64,000 bases of DNA from Candidatus Spongiisociaceae bacterium (GTDB taxonomy: Bacteria > Actinomycetota > Acidimicrobiia > Spongiisociales > Spongiisociaceae): NCBI GenBank assembly GCA_965262915.1, contig OZ253564.1, forward strand, positions 1,824,001-1,888,000. Direction: 5' to 3'. Of this stretch, positions 14,690 to 22,050 are shown piece after piece. The position numbers and the translations under genes are program-made. Position 1 is the first letter of the stretch; each line of letters starts with the position of its first letter. The notes under the pieces are model-generated. The model ran no database searches, was not told the origin of the DNA, and saw only the letters and a list, made by a program, of their open reading frames with translations.

Positions 14690-15441
14690 AGGTAGAGGGT
14701 CTGGGAAACGACTTCGTGCTGTTCGAAGGACCGGCGCCGTCGGCCGAGCAGGTCCGGGAATGGTGCGACCGGCGTACCGGAATCGGCGCCGACGGCGTAC
14801 TGTGGGTGACCCGGAGCGATCACCCGCAGGCGGTTGCCCGCATGGGGTACTGGAACTCGAACGGATCGGCGGCCGCGATGTGCGGGAACGGGCTCCGGTG
14901 CGTGGCGCGCTACGTTTTCGAGCAGGGTTGGACCGCCAGGCGGTCCTTCACGATCGAGACCGCAGTGGGCTTGAATCGGGCCCGGATACTCGCAGACGGG
15001 CTGGTGCGGGTGGAACTCGGTCCTTACCGGGTCGGGTCACGGTTGGAGATCGGAGGGCGGTGTTTCACGACCGCCGACATGGGGAATCCCCATGCGGTGA
15101 CCTTTGTCGAGCACCGGGCGGCACTCGAGGATGCCCCGCTGGGCACGCTCGGTCCCTCGTTCCAGGACCACCCTTCGTTCCCGGACGGTGTCAATGTCGA
15201 GTTCGCCCTCGTGACCGAAGGCGGGTTTCGGGTGAGGGTCTGGGAACGTGGAGCAGGCGAGACACGGGCCTGTGGAACCGGCGCTGCGGCTGTGGCGGCC
15301 GTGGCCGCACGCGACGGGCGAGCCGACCCGGCGACCGGCGTCGAACTTCCCGGCGGGTCGCTCGGTGTGCAGTTGACCGACGGAGTCGCTTGGATCAGCG
15401 GCCCGGCTCTGGTGGTGTTCAGCGGAAGGATCCCCGCCTGA
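14677..15441 (+). CDS. dapF: Diaminopimelate epimerase
   Basis: GLGNDF, GIGADG, MCGNGLRC, MGNPH, NVEF, WERGAGETRACGTG. Confidence 0.96.
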   Translation: MEFLKVEGLGNDFVLFEGPAPSAEQVREWCDRRTGIGADGVLWVTRSDHPQAVARMGYWNSNGSAAAMCGNGLRCVARYVFEQGWTARRSFTIETAVGLNRARILADGLVRVELGPYRVGSRLEIGGRCFTTADMGNPHAVTFVEHRAALEDAPLGTLGPSFQDHPSFPDGVNVEFALVTEGGFRVRVWERGAGETRACGTGAAAVAAVAARDGRADPATGVELPGGSLGVQLTDGVAWISGPALVVFSGRIPA

Positions 15442-16138
15442 GCCCCGACCGTGGTCGGGACAGCGTGCGTAGAACCGTCACAACCTTTCCGAGTACCTCG
15501 ACCCCCGACGTGAAGACCATGGGTTCGTATGCCGGGTTCTCGGAGTGGAGGACAACCTCCCCGTTCCTCCGTTCTAATCGCTTGACAGTGGCCTCCTCAT
15601 GGTCGACCAGGCAGGCTACGATCTCTCCGTTCTCGGCATGAGGCTGGCTGCGTACCACCACCATGTCGCCGTCGAGGATCCCGGCGCCGGTCATGGAGTC
15701 ACCCCTTACCTCAAGCATGAACAATGGTCCCGATCCGACCAGGGACTCGGGTAGGGGCATCACGTACTCGATGTGTTCATCGGCGAGGATGGGCGAGCCC
15801 GCCGCGATGCGTCCGACCACCGGCACTTCCCGGGTCGGTTCCGATCGTGTGGGAATGGACGCCGGTGCGGGGTCCCGAAGGTCAGCGATCACCTGGATAG
15901 CCCGTGGCTTGGCCGAGTCCCGCCTGATGAACCCGGCCTTCACCAGGGCCGTCAGATGGCTATGGACGGTTGCCGGTGAGCGGAGTCCCAGGTGCTGGCC
16001 GATCTCCCTTACCGACGGTGGGTAGCCCCGGGTTGCCACCGCTTGCCTGATGAAGTCCAGGACCTGTAGCTGGCGGGGGCGCAGGTCAGCCGGGTCGGGG
16101 GGAATGCGGGTATCTGAACGGCTTTCGGCGGCGTCCAA
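15419..16138 (-). CDS. lexA: SOS repressor LexA
   Basis: GYPPSVREIG, AAG cleavage site, V.GDSM, EATVK; TTG start with AGGAGG SD. Confidence 0.96.
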   Translation of the reverse strand: MDAAESRSDTRIPPDPADLRPRQLQVLDFIRQAVATRGYPPSVREIGQHLGLRSPATVHSHLTALVKAGFIRRDSAKPRAIQVIADLRDPAPASIPTRSEPTREVPVVGRIAAGSPILADEHIEYVMPLPESLVGSGPLFMLEVRGDSMTGAGILDGDMVVVRSQPHAENGEIVACLVDHEEATVKRLERRNGEVVLHSENPAYEPMVFTSGVEVLGKVVTVLRTLSRPRSGLRRGSFR

Positions 16139-16193
16139 TGTCAGGCCTCCTGTGAGTCGTAGGCAAGAACCTACCCGTTTGCGGCCATCGATA

Positions 16194-16207
16194 CAAACAT
16201 ATGTTCG
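16194..16207. promoter_or_regulatory. LexA (SOS) box 1
   Basis: cAAACatatGTTCg, one mismatch to GAAC-N4-GTTC, upstream of lexA. Confidence 0.8.
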
Positions 16208-16311
16208 AAGGAGTCCGCCGGCAGCCGCCGGGCTCTCCTGTCTCGATCCAGGTTTCCTCGAAGCCGTCGAGCCGGGCTTGGCCGGCAAGATCTCCGCTCC
16301 GGCAACGTCCC

Positions 16312-16340
16312 TTGACACCGAACATCTGTTCGTGCATAAT
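16312..16340 (+). promoter_or_regulatory. SigA-type promoter of the LysM gene overlapped by SOS box 2
   Basis: TTGACA-17-CATAAT with cGAACatctGTTCg (16319-16332) in the spacer. Confidence 0.85.
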
Positions 16341-16354
16341 GGACCGTACCGGAC

Positions 16355-16368
16355 CGAACATATGTTTG
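16355..16368. promoter_or_regulatory. LexA (SOS) box 3
   Basis: cGAACatatGTTTg. Confidence 0.8.
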
Positions 16369-16421
16369 TCATTGGCGGTCCGGCCTGTGTCTCAGTAGCA
16401 ACCGGTCTGCAGGAGGTAGGG

Positions 16422-16982
16422 ATGATGTCTCATGCATACGCCCCTCATGACGAGTTTGATCTGCCCGTCCACCCGCTGTTCGCCCCCCCACGGGTCCTCG
16501 ACCAGCACGAACTCGACCGGATAGCGCATCCTCGACTCGGCGAGCGCGGCTACGGACCGGCCACCCGGCACCCCGGGCCGGCCGACCGCCGCCGGCCTGT
16601 CCGGGCGGGACGGAAGGAAGCGGCGCGCGGGCCGAATGATCCTTCCGGCCCGCTTGGAAACGACAGGTTCCTTACTGTGCGGATCGCCTTGCGGGTCGCG
16701 CTGGGCGCGATGATGGTGGCCGTCCTGCTGTTGCTGCTGTTCATGCCGAGCGCTGATGCGGGCCGCGGGCCGGTACCGCCGGTTCCGCACGTCGTGCAAC
16801 CGGGGGACACGTTGTGGTCGCTGGCGCAGGACTACACGCGTCCCGGCGGCGATGTGCGGGCTACGGTTGCGGTGATCCGTGCCGGCAACGAGATGTCCTC
16901 CGGTCAGCTGGTCGTGGGCGATGTCATCGAGGTGCCGGTGGGCGAGATTCCCGGGTGGCGTTCCCCTACGGAGGGTGGGTAG
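16422..16982 (+). CDS. SOS-induced membrane LysM protein (YneA/ChiZ-like division inhibitor)
   Basis: Divergent from lexA; TM helix then LysM HVVQPGDTLWSLA...L.VGDVIEVP; AGGAGG SD. Confidence 0.85.
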   Translation: MMSHAYAPHDEFDLPVHPLFAPPRVLDQHELDRIAHPRLGERGYGPATRHPGPADRRRPVRAGRKEAARGPNDPSGPLGNDRFLTVRIALRVALGAMMVAVLLLLLFMPSADAGRGPVPPVPHVVQPGDTLWSLAQDYTRPGGDVRATVAVIRAGNEMSSGQLVVGDVIEVPVGEIPGWRSPTEGG

Positions 16983-17011
16983 TCAACCCGCGACGGCCGT
17001 TCGTCGAGCCT

Positions 17012-17116
17012 CTAGGAGAGTGGTCAAGAACCCCCGGTTGGCCCGGCGCTCGATGGCAAGACGCCACGTCAGCGGACCAGGGGCCAACCATTTACCCGTT
17101 CTTGAGCACCCTCCTA
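17012..17116 (+). mobile_element. MITE-like family A copy 2
   Basis: CTAGGAGAGTGGTCAAGAAC...GTTCTTGAGCACCCTCCTA; right end overlaps the stop of the 17114 gene. Confidence 0.75.
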
Positions 17117-18727
17117 CGTGGAGATGATCAACTCGATCTCCTCGACCGTGCTGTGCAGTTGGGCGATCTCTGACATGGCCCAGGTCTGTACCTGCGCGAG
17201 CGGTACCGCCAGCTTCTCCTGCAAGCCGGCGATCGAATCGTGCATCAGGGCGGTCACATCGGCAGCCCTCGTGGTGTCCCCGTCGCGGAGAGCGATGATG
17301 TAGTCGGCTTGGGCTCGTTCCACCGTGGTCACCGTATCGGAAGCCTGCTGCCTGAAGGTTCCGAAGAACGGATCGTCCGGAAGTGTGGTGAGATCATGGC
17401 GCGTCTTCGCAATGGAGTAACTGAACTGCTCGGCGATACCTGCTACTTCGGTGAGGGACGCCTCGGTCGGAACGGCCGGAAGCTGGAACGCGGTGGACAG
17501 CGTGATGGAGTAGTTCATCGCGTTGTCGATCCGTTGCACGACTCCGAGTGCCTGGCTCGAAGCAGATCCGAGGAGCTGTCTTGGAACTACCAGGTCGTCG
17601 GCCGGGAGCCTCGTGCCGATGATCGGCACCCGCGGCAGTTCCTCGGAGGCCACCGCCGCCGCGGTCCTCGCCGCGCCGTCTAGGGCGTAGAGTTGACCCG
17701 TAAGCGTGGACAGTCCCGAATCGTTGAGCAGCAGCCCTTCGGCACCGAGCGACTCTTCGATCGGAACGAGGGCGCCGGATAGTTGCCGAGCCGCCGCCGT
17801 GTACCGTACTTCCCGGACTTCGGCTTCCCGTGCGGGAAGATTCCTGACAATCTGTACGGTCACACCTATGAGAGCGGCGAGAACAGCCAGGCTCACCACC
17901 AAAGACCAGCGAATACGGCGGAACGAGCGGGACGGGTCCGCCATGTTCGGGAGGTCGCTGAACACCAATCCGCTGTCCATGTCCATTTCGGAGGCTGCGT
18001 CCCACAGCCGCTTGACGGCGTCCCCGGTATTGCCCGGGCGATCCAGATCCCCTGCCACCGCGCTGAGCGGAGGGAGGCGGTTCCACGGGTCGTCGACCGG
18101 CTCGGCTTCCGGATACGAGCCGTTACCGTCCACCCGGTCCCCACCGAACGACGCTTCGGTCTCGCCGAATCCGAGGAGCGCCGCGAGGGACGAACCGTCG
18201 GCGGGATGGGCGAGTGGGAGCACCTGGGTCTCGGTCAACTCGGTCATGATCGGACGTGGACGGTTCAACCCGAGAACGGTTGCCGGCGGGCTCTGCAGCG
18301 GTGCTCGGATGGGTAGCCCCGTGGGTGGAGCCACTGACGCGACGGGCGGGTTCTTCCTGTTGCCGTTTGACAGGATCTCCAGCTCGCGTCCTCTGGAGCC
18401 CCCCTCCTTCATAGGGACCGCGCCGGGAATGGCATCGGAGGAAACCCCATTCGGAGTCGGCGTAGCGGCTTCGATCGACGGCGCAGGATCCGGTACGGGA
18501 TCCGGTCGGACTGTTCGGTAACGCCAGGAGGGCAGGTATCGGGCCAGGCCACCGGTCTCGGGATTGCCGTGGGCCGGTTGGTGGAGAAGCCAAGCGGTTC
18601 GGGCACGGCGCCGACCCCGCCTAGGGATGTTGACGACCGACTCGCGCGAAGCGCCGTTATCGGCAGTGCCGTCCAGTGGGCGGGCTGAAGCTATCGAATG
18701 TGGATGATCGGGTCTGAGAGTGACCAT
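17114..18727 (-). CDS. Hypothetical membrane protein (Pro-rich disordered N-terminus, one TM helix, helical C-terminal domain); start uncertain
   Basis: Long ORF; TM WSLVVSLAVLAALIGVTVQIV; no recognised motif. Confidence 0.65.
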   Translation of the reverse strand: MVTLRPDHPHSIASARPLDGTADNGASRESVVNIPRRGRRRARTAWLLHQPAHGNPETGGLARYLPSWRYRTVRPDPVPDPAPSIEAATPTPNGVSSDAIPGAVPMKEGGSRGRELEILSNGNRKNPPVASVAPPTGLPIRAPLQSPPATVLGLNRPRPIMTELTETQVLPLAHPADGSSLAALLGFGETEASFGGDRVDGNGSYPEAEPVDDPWNRLPPLSAVAGDLDRPGNTGDAVKRLWDAASEMDMDSGLVFSDLPNMADPSRSFRRIRWSLVVSLAVLAALIGVTVQIVRNLPAREAEVREVRYTAAARQLSGALVPIEESLGAEGLLLNDSGLSTLTGQLYALDGAARTAAAVASEELPRVPIIGTRLPADDLVVPRQLLGSASSQALGVVQRIDNAMNYSITLSTAFQLPAVPTEASLTEVAGIAEQFSYSIAKTRHDLTTLPDDPFFGTFRQQASDTVTTVERAQADYIIALRDGDTTRAADVTALMHDSIAGLQEKLAVPLAQVQTWAMSEIAQLHSTVEEIELIIST

Positions 18728-18803
18728 CGGACCAGGTTCGCTCCTGCTTGCCGTACTCCGCCCGGCTTCGAGAGCCCCGATTTATCTTGCTTGAATTGTG
18801 GGT

Positions 18804-19232
18804 ATGCACATTAGCCTGCTCAAACTCGATCGGGAACTACCCACACCGTGCCGGGTTCATCCGGGCGATGCCGGTCTCGACCTGCATGCGCGCTTCGCCG
18901 CTGAATTGGCGCCTGGGGAACGGGCCACCATTCCCACCGGTATTGCGGTGGCCATTCCCCGCAACCATGCAGGGTTGGTTCTGGCCAGGAGTGGTCTGGC
19001 AGCCCGGTACGGGATCGGCCTGGTCAACAGTCCGGGTCTAATCGACGCTGGCTATCGGGGAGAGATCCGGGTATTGCTGGTGAATCACGGGAACGAGCGG
19101 TTCGAGATCGCCCGGGGAGATCGGATCGCCCAACTCGTGATCGTGCCCGTTGCCATGGTCGATGTCGACTTGGTGGAGCATCTCGATGTCACCGACCGCG
19201 GCTCCGGAGGTCTCGGCTCCTCCGGACGCTAG
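18804..19232 (+). CDS. dut: dUTPase
   Basis: GDAGLDL, RSGLA, GLIDAGYRGEI, GDRIAQL, RGSGGLGSSG. Confidence 0.97.
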   Translation: MHISLLKLDRELPTPCRVHPGDAGLDLHARFAAELAPGERATIPTGIAVAIPRNHAGLVLARSGLAARYGIGLVNSPGLIDAGYRGEIRVLLVNHGNERFEIARGDRIAQLVIVPVAMVDVDLVEHLDVTDRGSGGLGSSGR

Positions 19233-19334
19233 GAGAGTGCTGAGAAACCCCCCGTTGGGCCGGCGGTTGATGACAAAATGCCACGTCAGCGGACGACGGG
19301 CCAACCAATTACCCGTTTTTCGGCATTCTCCCAA
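19229..19334 (+). mobile_element. MITE-like family A copy 3
   Basis: CTAGGAGAGTGCTGAGAAAC begins in the dut TAG stop; same interior as copies 1 and 2. Confidence 0.75.
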
Positions 19335-19373
19335 TGGTCGGCATTCTCCTAATGGTCGGCATTCTCCTAATGG
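19320..19373 (+). repeat. 3 x 18-bp tandem repeat at the MITE A/B junction
   Basis: tcggcattctcc(c/t)aatgg x3. Confidence 0.9.
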
Positions 19374-19532
19374 TCTGCTTGAAGACAACTTGCCGTGCCC
19401 TGCTCGCCACCGGCGCCCCTCGCTGCATCCCGCCTCCTTGACGTACGCTGTCGGTACGCCTTCGTCGACGGGCCTTGCGAAGAACGCCGCTGCCGGCGCA
19501 TACCACGACGCCTTTCACAGACAGACCACCAG
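19367..19532 (+). mobile_element. MITE-like family B copy 2
   Basis: ctaaTGGTCTG...tttcaCAGACAGACCAccag; collinear with 12098-12265. Confidence 0.75.
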
Positions 19533-19568
19533 GTTCCGGCCACTGTTTTCCCATGCATCGGGGAACCG

Positions 19569-19675
19569 CTAGGAAACTACTGACCAATGACGTTTGCTCC
19601 TGGCCCATCGCCCCCTGACCGGGCCATTCTGAGGTGAGCGACGAGCCGCTGGCGGATTGCTCAGCACTCTCCTAG
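19569..19675 (-). mobile_element. MITE-like family A copy 4 (inverted, diverged)
   Basis: 107 bp between two CTAG; minus strand starts CTAGGAGAGTGCTGAG. Confidence 0.6.
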
Positions 19676-19689
19676 ACTGGTGGACCCAC

Positions 19690-19762
19690 GCGGAAGTAGC
19701 TCAGTCGGTAGAGCGCAACCTTGCCAAGGTTGAGGTCGCGGGTTCGAACCCCGTCTTCCGCT
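19690..19762 (+). tRNA. tRNA-Gly(GCC)
   Basis: GCGGAAG/CTTCCGC acceptor stem, anticodon arm caacc-ttGCCaa-ggttg, GGTTCGAACCC. Confidence 0.97.
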
Positions 19763-19850
19763 CGCAGATTCGGGCGGCCCTTCCCCGTGGGGGTCCCCAT
19801 GGATGGGAAACCGCAAAAGGGAGTTCCACCCGAGATCCTCCAGAACATGT

Positions 19851-19921
19851 GGCGACGTGGCCGAGTGGTTAGGCACAGCTCTGCAAAAGCTGCTACACCG
19901 GTTCGATTCCGGTCGTCGCCT
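19851..19921 (+). tRNA. tRNA-Cys(GCA)
   Basis: GGCGACG/CGTCGCC acceptor stem, cagct-ctGCAaa-agctg. Confidence 0.96.
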
Positions 19922-19964
19922 CCTTGGGGCGGTGTACGGCTCGGTGCAATGCACCGTGTGCACT

Positions 19965-20036
19965 GGGCGCTTAGCTCAGGGGAAGAGCGCTTCCTTGACG
20001 CGGAAGAGGTCACAGGTTCAAATCCTGTAGCGCCCA
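19965..20036 (+). tRNA. tRNA-Val(GAC)
   Basis: GGGCGCT/AGCGCCC acceptor stem, cttcc-ttGACgc-ggaag. Confidence 0.96.
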
Positions 20037-20251
20037 CACAGGACTTGCGATACATCGGGTCGGGAATTGGCCGGCCTCGGTGGCTTATCTATTGACCGGC
20101 TCGCATTCGTCGGTTCGTGAATCCGTAGAGTGTGTGACATAATACCGTCCATATGTCCATCCTGTGAGCTTTGAGGTTACGCTGGCGTTGTGTTTATATA
20201 TGCCGGAGAAGTTTGGCCAAGAATTGGCTCACTACACAGAAGGGATCGTTG

Positions 20252-20647
20252 ATGTCCTTGAGCGATGACCACAAGGCAGCTCTTGCAAGGGGTAGGAGTG
20301 AGGCTCGCACGGTCAGGGCGTATCTTGATGCGCTGACTACCAAGAAGCCTCGTGGAGCTGCGAGCGCTGCGGCGTTGCAGGAACGCTTGGACCGGTTGAC
20401 CAGCCAGATCGACGCAGAGCAAAACTCGCTGAAGCGACTACAGCTCATCCAGCAGCGCTTTGATGTTGAGGACAAGCTCAAGGCGGTTGATGACAGCGTT
20501 GACTACGAGGCGCTGGAGACAGCTTTTGTGGCGGCGGCGGCTTCATATTCCGGACGTAAAGCCATCACCTACAGTGCCTGGAGAGCGGCCGGCGTGGCAC
20601 CCGACGTATTGAAGGCAGCCGGGATTCGGCGGACCCGGAGGACGTAG
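20252..20647 (+). CDS. Small basic helical hypothetical protein
   Basis: MSLSDDHKAALARGR...coiled coil...ITYSAWRAAGV..VLKAAGI; AAGGGA SD; relatively AT-rich upstream region. Confidence 0.8.
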   Translation: MSLSDDHKAALARGRSEARTVRAYLDALTTKKPRGAASAAALQERLDRLTSQIDAEQNSLKRLQLIQQRFDVEDKLKAVDDSVDYEALETAFVAAAASYSGRKAITYSAWRAAGVAPDVLKAAGIRRTRRT

Positions 20648-20844
20648 CCTTACCCTTCCTCCGGTCTGATCAGGAGCTTATCCGATCATGAGTTACACCT
20701 GTTCAGGGCGGGTTTTCCCACGCTTCGTGGGTGGCTTAAACGTAAGTCTCGGGTAGTCCTTCGTAAACGAGGCCCGTTACTCCCGTTGCCCTTTCGGTGC
20801 AGGGCGGGCCTTTCCGCATGGTTGCGGTTTCGGTCCGCGACGGA

Positions 20845-20955
20845 CTACGGGCCCGGAACAACCGGCATCGTTCAGTGGCCCGTCGGTCATCCGGGGAATC
20901 CCCGATCGGCGGGCGACGGGCCAACAGCAACCGTCCTTGTTGAGCACCCTCCTAG
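20845..20955 (+). mobile_element. MITE-like family A copy 5 (left end degenerate)
   Basis: Right end TTGAGCACCCTCCTAG as in copy 2; internal tggcccgtc...gacgggcca hairpin; overlaps the stop of the 20952 gene. Confidence 0.55.
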
Positions 20956-21290
20956 CCCCATCCGAGTTCGTGTAGGCGTCGGTCGCCGATGCCCAAGTGG
21001 TGGGCGATCTCATGTAGCACGGTTCTGCGTATCTGCTCCGCCGTCCCTGCCCGGTCGAGTCCCATCGCCAGATGGCTGTCCATGAAGATCGATATCCGAT
21101 CAGGCAGTACCCCCGCATAGTCGATGCCGCGATCGGAAAGCGGGATTCCCTCGTATAAACCCAGAAGCCCTTCGTCATAGGGGTCTTGCTCCTCGACCAC
21201 CACGATGACATTGTCGAGTCGCTCGACAATGTCCCGGCGTATCTCTTCGAGCGCGCGGTCCACTACCCCTTCGAATTCCTCCCGGGCCAT
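20952..21290 (-). CDS. Zincin-like metallopeptidase (DUF1025 type)
   Basis: LLGLYEGIPL, LPDRISIF, TVLHEIAHHLGI (HEXXH). Confidence 0.92.
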   Translation of the reverse strand: MAREEFEGVVDRALEEIRRDIVERLDNVIVVVEEQDPYDEGLLGLYEGIPLSDRGIDYAGVLPDRISIFMDSHLAMGLDRAGTAEQIRRTVLHEIAHHLGIGDRRLHELGWG

Positions 21291-21480
21291 GCGGGAGGCG
21301 ATACCCCGATCACAACTCACCGTATCATCGCGCCGCACTCCGGTTCTCGTGATCCTCTCGACCATTCCAGATAGCAGGAGCATGGCATCGCTCACATCAT
21401 ATCGCTGCCGGGACCGAACTCGTTATATGCTCCTAATCGGGTGGGGAACTACTGTGAAGCGGCTAGACTCGCGGTCTCCG

Positions 21481-21552
21481 GGGCGCTTAGCTCAGCGGGA
21501 GAGCGCTGCCTTCACACGGCAGAGGTCACTGGTTCGATCCCAGTAGCGCCCA
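21481..21552 (+). tRNA. tRNA-Val(CAC)
   Basis: GGGCGCT/AGCGCCC acceptor stem, ctgcc-ttCACac-ggcag, GGTTCGATCCC. Confidence 0.96.
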
Positions 21553-21567
21553 CACCAGGCGCGCCAC

Positions 21568-21882
21568 ATGCGACTATCCGGTTCACCCTCCTCTCTGACC
21601 CCGATACTCCTGTTCCTTCTTGCAGGGGCAGCCTGTGGCGGGTCCGAGGAGGAGATCCCGGCTTCGACTGTCGCGTTAACCGGTACCCCCGTTACCGTTG
21701 CCGCGGCTTCTTCCTCCTCCACCGCCACGCACGTCGACGCCGGTACCACGGTGACTGCGACCGGAACGGATGCACCTTCGCTGATCCTGGCTGTAGACAT
21801 CCTTGACGGGCTGGTAGTGGTCGCCGAACTGGTTCGACACGTACTTCCCCCACTACGGGGATGTGGCGAGGTTGGACAGTGA
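21568..21882 (+). CDS. Short lipoprotein-like ORF, possibly a truncated remnant
   Basis: Hydrophobic stretch plus lipobox-like AGAAC-GG and Thr/Ser-rich linker, no domain after it. Confidence 0.4.
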   Translation: MRLSGSPSSLTPILLFLLAGAACGGSEEEIPASTVALTGTPVTVAAASSSSTATHVDAGTTVTATGTDAPSLILAVDILDGLVVVAELVRHVLPPLRGCGEVGQ

Positions 21883-22050
21883 CGGCGATGGGGAGGCATG
21901 CGAAAGCCTGTCCTGAGGGGTTGGCGGATGAACTATGCGATCCGCCGGTCGTCGGCCTCGGTCCCCGGTTTTCGATCATCGACCGCCGTTCGGGGTGCAA
22001 AATCCGCCGAAATGTGCTGAAATCTCACCAGACTCCCGGGGAGCTGCCGC

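Noticed and set aside
19320-19373. Mini-CRISPR
   Set aside because: Head-to-tail 18-mers without spacers; explained as a MITE junction duplication.
21481-21560. tRNA-Val as the att site of an integrated island
   Set aside because: No integrase and no duplicated tRNA 3' end seen downstream within the window.
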